Assembly: GCA_047495785.1 (NCBI GenBank)
Contig: JBLDXI010000084.1
Coordinates: 49,964 to 113,963, forward strand
DNA from: Lepidodermella squamata
Lineage: Eukaryota; Animalia; Gastrotricha
Direction of reading: 5' to 3'
DNA: 64,000 bases
The notes beneath the pieces are model-generated. The model had not been told where the DNA came from and did no database searches. It worked only from the letters and a program-made list of their open reading frames with translations. Shown here piece by piece: positions 46,876 through 59,500 of this stretch. A program made the position numbers and the translations under genes. Every line of letters begins with the position of its first letter. Position 1 is the stretch's first letter.

Positions 46876-47577
46876 CCTATGAAGAGCCTGATGTGATATG
46901 GGTGTATATATGCATCGTAAGCCGTTTTCAAATGAGTTAACCCCTGCCTTCGATCTTTTCAGAAAATCCGCCCTGAGCCCTAGCCACTATAGCCCTGAAA
47001 TGAGCCTTTCAACTTGCCCGTCAAAGCCGCGAAGGTCGACCAACGAATCAACAATTTTCTACTTTTCTATTCAAACCAATATAAAAAACCGGCAAGAAAA
47101 AAAAATATATATATATATAAACAATAACAACTATAAAAAACTCCTATGATCGAGATACATGCGTGTTCGACTAGAGCCCTGATTAGCATGGGGGCAAGTT
47201 ATTTCTGTAATCTTTCTAACTCATGTGCCTATAGCGTCGAAAGGCGGAGGGCCTATAATAATAAAACTACAACATGCTAAGTAACCCGAAATCGTCGCCT
47301 GATGTCGAATTAAACGCGGTTAGCGCTATTGCAACGCCCGCAACGCATAGCTGCAGAACATCGTTGCCGATGAGCACTGCAATGCCTATTTCAGCCGATA
47401 TTCACTTGATCAGCAGCGAAATGAGCACCATCGGCCGCATAGCAAGCGCCCTTGCCTGATTCCGCGGCTGCTGGCTTCTAATCGCTATGCCGGTGGTTGC
47501 GTACGTTGTGGCAGCCAGTGACGACAGCGCGTACATGTCAGCATTCTGCAGCGATTCGTACCAACGAACGTGGGCAC

Positions 47578-47598
47578 GGTCGTGGGTTCGATTCCCGC
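47578..47598 (+). promoter_or_regulatory. Pol III B-box within tRNA T-arm-like hairpin (representative copy; one per satellite monomer)
   Basis: GGTC-GTGGG-TTCGATT-CCCGC matches GGTTCGANTCC and forms a 5-bp stem with a 7-nt loop. Confidence 0.7.
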
Positions 47599-50500
47599 AT
47601 GCGAAGTAACCCGAAATCGTCGCCTGATGTCGAATTAAACGCTGTTAGAGCTATTGCAACGCCCGCAACGCATAGCTGCAGAACATCGTTGCCGATGAGC
47701 ACTGCAATGCCTATTTCAGCCGATATTCACTTGATCAGCAGCGAAATGAGCACCATCGGCCGCATAGCAAGCGCCCTTGCCTGATTCCGCGGCTGCTGGC
47801 TTCTAATCGCTACGCCGGTGGTTGCGTACGTTGTGGCAGCCAGTGACGACAGCGCGTACATGTCAGCATTCTGCAGCGATTCGTACCAACGAACGTGGGC
47901 ACGGTCGTGGGTTCGATTCCCGCATGCGAAGTAATCCGAAATCGTCGCCTGATGTCGAATTAAACGCTGTTAGAGCTATTGCAACGCCCGCAACGCATAG
48001 CTGCAGAACATCGTTGCCGATGAGCACTGCAATGCCTATTTCAGCCGATATTCACTTGATCAGCAGCGAAATGAGCACCATCGGCCGCATAGCAAGCGCC
48101 CTTGCCTGATTCCGCGGCTGCTGGCTTCTAATCGCTACGCCGGTAGTTGCGCCCGTTGTGGCAGCCAGCGACAACAACGCGTACATGTCAGCATTCTGCA
48201 GCGTTTCGTACCAACGAACGTGGGCACGGTCGTGGGTTCGATTCCCGCATGCGAAGTAACCCGAAATCGTCGCCTGATGTCGAATTAAACGCTGTTAGAG
48301 CTATTGCAACGCCCGCAACGCATAGCTGCAGAACATCGTTGCCGATGAGCACTGCAATGCCTATTTCAGCCGATATTCACTTGATCAGCAGCGAAATGAG
48401 CACCATCGGCCGCATAGCAAGCGCCCTTGCCTGATTCCGCGGCTGCTGGCTTCTTATCGCTACGCCGGTAGTTGCGCCCGTTGTGGCAGCCAGCGACAAC
48501 AACGCGTACATGTCAGCATTCTGCAGCGTTTCGTACCAACGAACGTGGGCACGGTCGTGGGTTCGATTCCCGCATGCGAAGTAACCCGAAATCGTCGCCT
48601 GATGTCGAATTAAACGCGGTTAGCGCTATTGCAACGCCCGCAACGCATAGCTGCAGAACATCGTTGCCGATGAGCACTGCAATGCTTATTTCAGCCGATA
48701 TTCACTAGATCAGCAGCGAAATGAGCACCATCGGCCGCATAGCAAGCGCCCTTGCCTGATTCCGCGGCTTCTGGCTTCTAATCGCTACGACGGTAGTTGC
48801 GCCCGTTGTGACAGCCAGTGACGACAACGCGTACATGTCAGCATTCTGCAGCGATTCGGACCAACGAACGTGGGCACGGTCGTGGGTTCGATTCCCGCAT
48901 GCGAAGTAACCCGAAATCGTCACCTGATGTCGAATTAAACGCGGTTAGCGCTATTGCAACGCCCGCAACGCATAGCTGCAGAACATCGTTGCCGATGAGC
49001 ACTGCAATGCTTATTTCAGCCGATATTCACTAGATCAGCAGCGAAATGAGCACCATCGGCCGCATAGCAAGCGCCCTTGCCTGATTCCGCGGCTGCTGGC
49101 TTCTAATCGCTACGCCGGTAGTTGCGCCCGTTGTGGCAGCCAGTGACGACAGCGCGTACATGTCAGCATTCTGCAGCGTTTCGTACCAACGAACGTGGGC
49201 ACGGTCGTGGGTTCGATTCCTGCATGCGAAGTAACCCGAAATCGTCGCCTGATGTCGAATTAAACGCGGTTAGCGCTATTGCAACGCCCGCAACGCATAG
49301 CTGCAGAACATCGTTGCCGATGAGCACTGCAATGCTTATTTCAGCCGATATTCACTAGATCAGCAGCGAAATGAGCACCATCGGCCGCATAGCAAGCGCC
49401 CTTGCCTGATTCCGCGGCTTCTGGCTTCTAATCGCTACGACGGTAGTTGCGCCCGTTGTGACAGCCAGTGACGACAACGCGTACATGTCAGCATTCTGCA
49501 GCGATTCGGACCAACGAACGTGGGCACGGTCGTGGGTTCGATTCCCGCATGCGAAGTAACCCGAAATCGTCGCCTGATGTCGAATTAAACGCGGTTAGAG
49601 CTATTGCAACGCCCGCAACGCATAGCTGCAGAACATCGTTGCCGAGGAGCACTGCAATGCCTATTTCAGCCGATATTCACTTGATCAGCAGCGAAATGAG
49701 CACCATCGGCCGCATAGCAAGCGCCCTTGCCTGATTCCGCGGCTTCTGGCTTCTAATCGCTACGCCGGTAGTTGCGCCCGTTGTGGCAGCCAGTGACGAC
49801 AACGCGTACATGTCAGCATTCTGCAGCGTTTCGTACCAACGAACGTGGGCACGGTCGTGGGTTCGATTCCCGCATGCGAAGTAACCCGAAATCGTCGCCT
49901 GATGTCGAATTAAACGCGGTTAGCGCTATTGCAACGCCCGCAACACATAGCTGCAGAACATCGTTGCCGATGAGCACTGCAATGCCTATTTCAGCCGATA
50001 TTCACTAGATCAGCAGCGAAATGAGCACCATCGGCCGCATAGCAAGCGCCCTTGCCTGATTCCGCGGCTTCTGGCTTCTAATCGCTACGACGGTAGTTGC
50101 GCCCGTTGTGACAGCCAGTGACGACAACGCGTACATGTCAGCATTCTGCAGCGATTCGGACCAACGAACGTGGGCACGGTCGTGGGTTCGATTCCCGCAT
50201 GCGAAGTAACCCGAAATCGTCGCCTGATGTCGAATTAAACGCGGTTAGAGCTATTGCAACGCCCGCAACGCATAGCTGCAGAACATCGTTGCCGAGGAGC
50301 ACTGCAATGCCTATTTCAGCCGATATTCACTTGATCAGCAGCGAAATGAGCACCATCGGCCGCATAGCAAGCGCCCTTGCCTGATTCCGCGGCTGCTGGC
50401 TTCTAATCGCTACGCCGGTAGTTGCGCCCGTTGTGGCAGCCAGCGACAACAACGCGTACATGTCAGCATTCTGCAGCGTTTCGTACCAACGAACGTGGGC

Positions 50501-53500
50501 ACGGTCGTGGGTTCGATTCCCGCATGCGAAGTAACCCGAAATCGTCGCCTGATGTCGAATTAAACGCGGTTAGCGCTATTGCAACGCCCGCAACGCATAG
50601 CTGCAGAACATCGTTGCCGATGAGCACTGCAATGCCTATTTCAGCCGATATTCACTAGATCAGCAGCGAAATGAGCACCATCGGCCGCATAGCAAGCGCC
50701 CTTGCCTGATTCCGCGGCTGCTGGCTTCTTATCGCTACGCCGGTAGTTGCGCCCGTTGTGACAGCCAGTGACGACAGCGCGTACATGTCAGCATTCTCCA
50801 GCGTTTCGTACCAACGAACGTGGGCACGGTCGTGGGTTCGATTCCCGCATGCGAAGTAATCCGAAATCGTCGCCTGATGTCGAATTAAACGCTGTTAGAG
50901 CTATTGCAACGCCCGCAACGCATAGCTGCAGAACATCGTTGCCGATGAGCACTGCAATGCCTATTTCAGCCGATATTCACTTGATCAGCAGCGAAATGAG
51001 CACCATCGGCCGCATAGCAAGCGCCCTTGCCTGATTCCGCGGCTGCTGGCTTCTAATCGCTACGACGGTAGTTGCGCCCGTTGTGACAGCCAGTGACGAC
51101 AACGCGTACATGTCAGCATTTTGCAGCGATTCGGACCAACGAACGTGGGCACGGTCGTGGGTTCGATTCCCGCATGCGAAGTAACCCGAAATCGTCGCCT
51201 GATGTCGAATTAAACGCGGTTAGCGCTTTTGCAACGCCCGCAACGCATAGCTGCAGAACATCGTTGCCGATGAGCACTGCAATGCCTATTTCAGCCGATA
51301 TTCACTAGATCAGCAGCGAAATGAGCACCATCGGCCGCATAGCAAGCGCCCTTGCCTGATTCCGCGGCTGCTGGCTTCTAATCGCTACGCCGGTGGTTGC
51401 GTACGTTGTGGCAGCCAGTGACGACAGCGCGTACATGTCAGCATTCTGCAGCGATTCGTACCAACGAACGTGGGCACGGTCGTGGGTTCGATTCCCGCAT
51501 GCGAAGTAACCCGAAATCGTCGCCTGATGTCGAATTAAACGCGGTTAGCGCTATTGCAACGCCCGCAACGCATAGCTGCAGAACATCGTTGCCGATGAGC
51601 ACTGCAATGCCTATTTCAGCCGATATTCACTAGATCAGCAGCGAAATGAGCACCATCGGCCGCATAGCAAGCGCCCTTGCCTGATTCCGCGGCTGCTGGC
51701 TTCTAATCGCTACGACGGTAGTTGCGCCCGTTGTGACAGCCAGTGACGACAACGCGTACATGTCAGCATTTTGCAGCGATTCGGACCAACGAACGTGGGC
51801 ACGGTCGTGGGTTCGATTCCCGCATGCGAAGTAACCCGAAATCGTCGCCTGATGTCGAATTAAACGCTGTTAGAGCTATTGCAACGCCCGCAACGCATAG
51901 CTGCAGAACATCGTTGCCGATGAGCACTGCAATGCCTATTTCAGCCGATATTCACTTGATCAGCAGCGAAATGAGCACCATCGGCCGCATAGCAAGCGCC
52001 CTTGCCTGATTCCGCGGCTGCTGGCTTCTAATCGCTACGACGGTAGTTGCGCCCGTTGTGACAGCCAGTGACGACAACGCGTACATGTCAGCATTTTGCA
52101 GCGATTCGGACCAACGAACGTGGGCACGGTCGTGGGTTCGATTCCCGCATGCGAAGTAACCCGAAATCGTCGCCTGATGTCGAATTAAACGCGGTTAGCG
52201 CTTTTGCAACGCCCGCAACGCATAGCTGCAGAACATCGTTGCCGATGAGCACTGCAATGCCTATTTCAGCCGATATTCACTAGATCAGCAGCGAAATGAG
52301 CACCATCGGCCGCATAGCAAGCGCCCTTGCCTGATTCCGCGGCTGCTGGCTTCTAATCGCTACGCCGGTGGTTGCGTACGTTGTGGCAGCCAGTGACGAC
52401 AGCGCGTACATGTCAGCATTCTGCAGCGATTCGTACCAACGAACGTGGGCACGGTCGTGGGTTCGATTCCCGCATGCGAAGTAACCCGAAATCGTCGCCT
52501 GATGTCGAATTAAACGCGGTTAGCGCTATTGCAACGCCCGCAACGCATAGCTGCAGAACATCGTTGCCGATGAGCACTGCAATGCCTATTTCAGCCGATA
52601 TTCACTAGATCAGCAGCGAAATGAGCACCATCGGCCGCATAGCAAGCGCCCTTGCCTGATTCCGCGGCTGCTGGCTTCTTATCGCTACGCCGGTAGTTGC
52701 GCCCGTTGTGGCAGCCAGTGACGACAGCGCGTACATGTCAGCATTCTGCAGCGTTTCGTACCAACGAACGTGGGCACGGTCGTGGGTTCGATTCCCGCAT
52801 GCGAAGTAATCCGAAATCGTCGCCTGATGTCGAATTAAACGCTGTTAGAGCTATTGCAACGCCCGCAACGCATAGCTGCAGAACATCGTTGCCGATGAGC
52901 ACTGCTATGCCTATTTCAGCCGATATTCACTTGATCAGCAGCGAAATGAGCACCATCGGCCGCATAGCAAGCGCCCTTGCCTGATTCCGCGGCTGCTGGC
53001 TTCTTATCGCTACGCCGGTAGTTGCGCCCGTTGTGGCAGCCAGCGACAACAACGCGTACATGTCAGCATTCTGCAGCGTTTCGTACCAACGAACGTGGGC
53101 ACCGTCGTGGGTTCGATTCCCGCATGCGAAGTAACCCGAAATCGTCGCCTGATGTCGAATTAAACGCGGTTAGCGCTATTGCAACGCCCGCAACGCATAG
53201 CTGCAGAACATCGTTGCCGATGAGCACTGCAATGCTTATTTCAGCCGATATTCACTAGATCAGCAGCGAAATGAGCACCATCGGCCGCATAGCAAGCGCC
53301 CTTGCCTGATTCCGCGGCTGCTGGCTTCTTATCGCTACGCCGGTAGTTGCGCCCGTTGTGGCAGCCAGTGACGACAGCGCGTACATGTCAGCATTCTGCA
53401 GCGTTTCGTACCAACGAACGTGGGCACGGTCGTGGGTTCGATTCCCGCATGCGAAGTAATCCGAAATCGTCGCCTGATGTCGAATTAAACGCTGTTAGAG

Positions 53501-56500
53501 CTATTGCAACGCCCGCAACGCATAGCTGCAGAACATCGTTGCCGATGAGCACTGCAATGCCTATTTCAGCCGATATTCACTTGATCAGCAGCGAAATGAG
53601 CACCATCGGCCGCATAGCAAGCGCCCTTGCCTGATTCCGCGGCTGCTGGCTTCTAATCGCTACGACGGTAGTTGCGCCCGTTGTGACAGCCAGTGACGAC
53701 AACGCGTACATGTCAGCATTCTGCAGCGATTCGGACCAACGAACGTGGGCACGGTCGTGGGTTCGATTCCCGCATGCGAAGTAATCCGAAATCGTCGCCT
53801 GATGTCGAATTAAACGCGGTTAGCGCTATTGCAACGCCCGCAACGCATAGCTGCAGAACATCGTTGCCGATGAGCACTGCAATGCTTATTTCAGCCGATA
53901 TTCACTAGATCAGCAGCGAAATGAGCACCATCGGCCGCATAGCAAGCGCCCTTGCCTGATTCCGCGGCTGCTGGCTTCTTATCGCTACGCCGGTAGTTGC
54001 GCCCGTTGTGGCAGCCAGTGACGACAGCGCGTACATGTCAGCATTCTGCAGCGATTCGTACCAACGAACGTGGGCACGGTCGTGGGTTCGATTCCCGCAT
54101 GCGAAGTAATCCGAAATCGTCGCCTGATGTCGAATTAAACGCGGTTAGCGCTATTGCAACGCCCGCAACGCATAGCTGCAGAACATCGTTGCCGATGAGC
54201 ACTGCAATGCTTATTTCAGCCGATATTCACTAGATCAGCAGCGAAATGAGCACCATCGGCCGCATAGCAAGCACCCTTGCCTGATTCCGCGGCTGCTGGC
54301 TTCTTATCGGTACGCCGGTAGTTGCGCCCGTTGTGGCAGCCAGTGACGACAGCGCGTACATGTCAGCATTCTGCAGCGTTTCGTACCAACGAACGTGGGC
54401 ACGGTCGTGGGTTCGATTCCCGCATGCGAAGTAACCCGAAATCGTCGCCTAATGTCGAATTAAACGCGGTTAGCGCTATTGCAACGCCCGCAACGCATAG
54501 CTGCAGAACATCGTTGCCGATGAGCACTGCAATGCTTATTTCAGCCGATATTCACTAGATCAGCAGCGAAATGAGCACCATCGGCCGCATAGCAAGCGCC
54601 CTTGCCTGATTCCGCGGCTGCTGGCTTCTTATCGCTACGCCGGTAGTTGCGCCCGTTGTGGCAGCCAGTGACGACAGCGCGTACATGTCAGCATTCTGCA
54701 GCGTTTCGTACCAACGAACGTGGGCACGGTCGTGGGTTCGATTCCCGCATGCGAAGTAACCCGAAATCGTCGCCTGATGTCGAATTAAACGCGGTTAGCG
54801 CTATTGCAACGCCCGCAACGCATAGCTGCAGAACATCGTTGCCGATGAGCACTGCAATGCCTATTTCAGCCGATATTCACTAGATCAGCAGCGAAATGAG
54901 CACCATCGGCCGCATAGCAAGCGCCCTTGCCTGATTCCGCGGCTGCTGGCTTCTTATCGCTACGCCGGTAGTTGCGCCCGTTGTGACAGCCAGTGACGAC
55001 AGCGCGTACATGTCAGCATTCTCCAGCGTTTCGTACCAACGAACGTGGGCACGGTCGTGGGTTCGATTCCCGCATGCGAAGTAATCCGAAATCGTCGCCT
55101 GATGTCGAATTAAACGCTGTTAGAGCTATTGCAACGCCCGCAACGCATAGCTGCAGAACATCGTTGCCGATGAGCACTGCAATGCCTATTTCAGCCGATA
55201 TTCACTTGATCAGCAGCGAAATGAGCACCATCGGCCGCATAGCAAGCGCCCTTGCCTGATTCCGCGGCTGCTGGCTTCTAATCGCTACGACGGTAGTTGC
55301 GCCCGTTGTGACAGCCAGTGACGACAACGCGTACATGTCAGCATTTTGCAGCGATTCGGACCAACGAACGTGGGCACGGTCGTGGGTTCGATTCCCGCAT
55401 GCGAAGTAACCCGAAATCGTCGCCTGATGTCGAATTAAACGCGGTTAGCGCTTTTGCAACGCCCGCAACGCATAGCTGCAGAACATCGTTGCCGATGAGC
55501 ACTGCAATGCCTATTTCAGCCGATATTCACTTGATCAGCAGCGAAATGAGCACCATCGGCCGCATAGCAAGCGCCCTTGCCTGATTCCGCGGCTGCTGGC
55601 TTCTTATCGCTACGCCGGTGGTTGCGTACGTTGTGGCAGCCAGTGACGACAGCGCGTACATGTCAGCATTCTGCAGCGATTCGTACCAACGAACGTGGGC
55701 ACGGTCGTGGGTTCGATTCCCGCATGCGAAGTAACCCGAAATCGTCGCCTGATGTCGAATTAAACGCGGTTAGCGCTATTGCAACGCCCGCAACGCATAG
55801 CTGCAGAACATCGTTGCCGATGAGCACTGCAATGCCTATTTCAGCCGATATTCACTTGATCAGCAGCGAAATGAGCACCATCGGCCGCATAGCAAGCGCC
55901 CTTGCCTGATTCCGCGGCTGCTGGCTTCTAATCGCTACGACGGTAGTTGCGCCCGTTGTGACAGCCAGTGACGACAACGCGTACATGTCAGCATTTTGCA
56001 GCGATTCGGACCAACGAACGTGGGCACGGTCGTGGGTTCGATTCCCGCATGCGAAGTAACCCGAAATCGTCGCCTGATGTCGAATTAAACGCTGTTAGAG
56101 CTATTGCAACGCCCGCAACGCATAGCTGCAGAACATCGTTGCCGATGAGCACTGCAATGCCTATTTCAGCCGATATTCACTTGATCAGCAGCGAAATGAG
56201 CACCATCGGCCGCATAGCAAGCGCCCTTGCCTGATTCCGCGGCTGCTGGCTTCTAATCGCTACGACGGTAGTTGCGCCCGTTGTGACAGCCAGTGACGAC
56301 AACGCGTACATGTCAGCATTTTGCAGCGATTCGGACCAACGAACGTGGGCACGGTCGTGGGTTCGATTCCCGCATGCGAAGTAACCCGAAATCGTCGCCT
56401 GATGTCGAATTAAACGCGGTTAGCGCTTTTGCAACGCCCGCAACGCATAGCTGCAGAACATCGTTGCCGATGAGCACTGCAATGCCTATTTCAGCCGATA

Positions 56501-59500
56501 TTCACTAGATCAGCAGCGAAATGAGCACCATCGGCCGCATAGCAAGCGCCCTTGCCTGATTCCGCGGCTGCTGGCTTCTAATCGCTACGCCGGTGGTTGC
56601 GTACGTTGTGGCAGCCAGTGACGACAGCGCGTACATGTCAGCATTCTGCAGCGATTCGTACCAACGAACGTGGGCACGGTCGTGGGTTCGATTCCCGCAT
56701 GCGAAGTAACCCGAAATCGTCGCCTGATGTCGAATTAAACGCGGTTAGCGCTATTGCAACGCCCGCAACGCATAGCTGCAGAACATCGTTGCCGATGAGC
56801 ACTGCAATGCCTATTTCAGCCGATATTCACTAGATCAGCAGCGAAATGAGCACCATCGGCCGCATAGCAAGCGCCCTTGCCTGATTCCGCGGCTGCTGGC
56901 TTCTTATCGCTACGCCGGTAGTTGCGCCCGTTGTGGCAGCCAGTGACGACAGCGCGTACATGTCAGCATTCTGCAGCGTTTCGTACCAACGAACGTGGGC
57001 ACGGTCGTGGGTTCGATTCCCGCATGCGAAGTAATCCGAAATCGTCGCCTGATGTCGAATTAAACGCTGTTAGAGCTATTGCAACGCCCGCAACGCATAG
57101 CTGCAGAACATCGTTGCCGATGAGCACTGCAATGCCTATTTCAGCCGATATTCACTTGATCAGCAGCGAAATGAGCACCATCGGCCGCATAGCAAGCGCC
57201 CTTGCCTGATTCCGCGGCTGCTGGCTTCTAATCGCTACGACGGTAGTTGCGCCCGTTGTGACAGCCAGTGACGACAACGCGTACATGTCAGCATTCTGCA
57301 GCGATTCGGACCAACGAACGTGGGCACGGTCGTGGGTTCGATTCCCGCATGCGAAGTAATCCGAAATCGTCGCCTGATGTCGAATTAAACGCGGTTAGCG
57401 CTATTGCAACGCCCGCAACGCATAGCTGCAGAACATCGTTGCCGATGAGCACTGCAATGCTTATTTCAGCCGATATTCACTAGATCAGCAGCGAAATGAG
57501 CACCATCGGCCGCATAGCAAGCGCCCTTGCCTGATTCCGCGGCTGCTGGCTTCTTATCGCTACGCCGGTAGTTGCGCCCGTTGTGGCAGCCAGTGACGAC
57601 AGCGCGTACATGTCAGCATTCTGCAGCGATTCGTACCAACGAACGTGGGCACGGTCGTGGGTTCGATTCCCGCATGCGAAGTAATCCGAAATCGTCGCCT
57701 GATGTCGAATTAAACGCGGTTAGCGCTATTGCAACGCCCGCAACGCATAGCTGCAGAACATCGTTGCCGATGAGCACTGCAATGCTTATTTCAGCCGATA
57801 TTCACTAGATCAGCAGCGAAATGAGCACCATCGGCCGCATAGCAAGCACCCTTGCCTGATTCCGCGGCTGCTGGCTTCTTATCGGTACGCCGGTAGTTGC
57901 GCCCGTTGTGGCAGCCAGTGACGACAGCGCGTACATGTCAGCATTCTGCAGCGTTTCGTACCAACGAACGTGGGCACGGTCGTGGGTTCGATTCCCGCAT
58001 GCGAAGTAACCCGAAATCGTCGCCTAATGTCGAATTAAACGCGGTTAGCGCTATTGCAACGCCCGCAACGCATAGCTGCAGAACATCGTTGCCGATGAGC
58101 ACTGCAATGCTTATTTCAGCCGATATTCACTAGATCAGCAGCGAAATGAGCACCATCGGCCGCATAGCAAGCGCCCTTGCCTGATTCCGCGGCTGCTGGC
58201 TTCTTATCGCTACGCCGGTAGTTGCGCCCGTTGTGGCAGCCAGTGACGACAGCGCGTACATGTCAGCATTCTCCAGCGTTTCGTACCAACGAACGTGGGC
58301 ACGGTCGTGGGTTCGATTCCCGCATGCGAAGTAACCCGAAATCGTCGCCTGATGTCGAATTAAACGCGGTTAGCGCTATTGCAACGCCCGCAACGCATAG
58401 CTGCAGAACATCGTTGCCGATGAGCACTGCAATGCCTATTTCAGCCGATATTCACTAGATCAGCAGCGAAATGAGCACCATCGGCCGCATAGCAAGCGCC
58501 CTTGCCTGATTCCGCGGCTGCTGGCTTCTTATCGCTACGCCGGTAGTTGCGCCCGTTGTGACAGCCAGTGACGACAGCGCGTACATGTCAGCATTCTCCA
58601 GCGTTTCGTACCAACGAACGTGGGCACGGTCGTGGGTTCGATTCCCGCATGCGAAGTAATCCGAAATCGTCGCCTGATGTCGAATTAAACGCTGTTAGAG
58701 CTATTGCAACGCCCGCAACGCATAGCTGCAGAACATCGTTGCCGATGAGCACTGCAATGCCTATTTCAGCCGATATTCACTTGATCAGCAGCGAAATGAG
58801 CACCATCGGCCGCATAGCAAGCGCCCTTGCCTGATTCCGCGGCTGCTGGCTTCTAATCGCTACGACGGTAGTTGCGCCCGTTGTGACAGCCAGTGACGAC
58901 AACGCGTACATGTCAGCATTTTGCAGCGATTCGGACCAACGAACGTGGGCACGGTCGTGGGTTCGATTCCCGCATGCGAAGTAACCCGAAATCGTCGCCT
59001 GATGTCGAATTAAACGCGGTTAGCGCTTTTGCAACGCCCGCAACGCATAGCTGCAGAACATCGTTGCCGATGAGCACTGCAATGCCTATTTCAGCCGATA
59101 TTCACTAGATCAGCAGCGAAATGAGCACCATCGGCCGCATAGCAAGCGCCCTTGCCTGATTCCGCGGCTGCTGGCTTCTAATCGCTACGCCGGTGGTTGC
59201 GTACGTTGTGGCAGCCAGTGACGACAGCGCGTACATGTCAGCATTCTGCAGCGATTCGTACCAACGAACGTGGGCACGGTCGTGGGTTCGATTCCCGCAT
59301 GCGAAGTAACCCGAAATCGTCGCCTGATGTCGAATTAAACGCGGTTAGCGCTATTGCAACGCCCGCAACGCATAGCTGCAGAACATCGTTGCCGATGAGC
59401 ACTGCAATGCCTATTTCAGCCGATATTCACTTGATCAGCAGCGAAATGAGCACCATCGGCCGCATAGCAAGCGCCCTTGCCTGATTCCGCGGCTGCTGGC

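Larger units (their letters stand above)
45536..47278 (+). mobile_element. 5'-truncated non-LTR retrotransposon (LINE, Jockey/I-group-like RT)
   Basis: 16-bp TSD AAGTAACCCGAAATCG at 45520-45535 and 47279-47294; RT ORF plus ~630-bp 3' UTR. Confidence 0.93.

Noticed and set aside
47214-47255. Twister ribozyme resemblance (CTAACTC...GCGGAGGG) at LINE 3' end
   Set aside because: Lacks the conserved L4 loop and pseudoknot partners
47297-47605. Satellite monomer as an ancient dimer of ~160-bp halves (gcctgat, cgcgg, cgcta, cgcccg recur)
   Set aside because: Matches are too short and unevenly spaced to distinguish from chance without an alignment statistic
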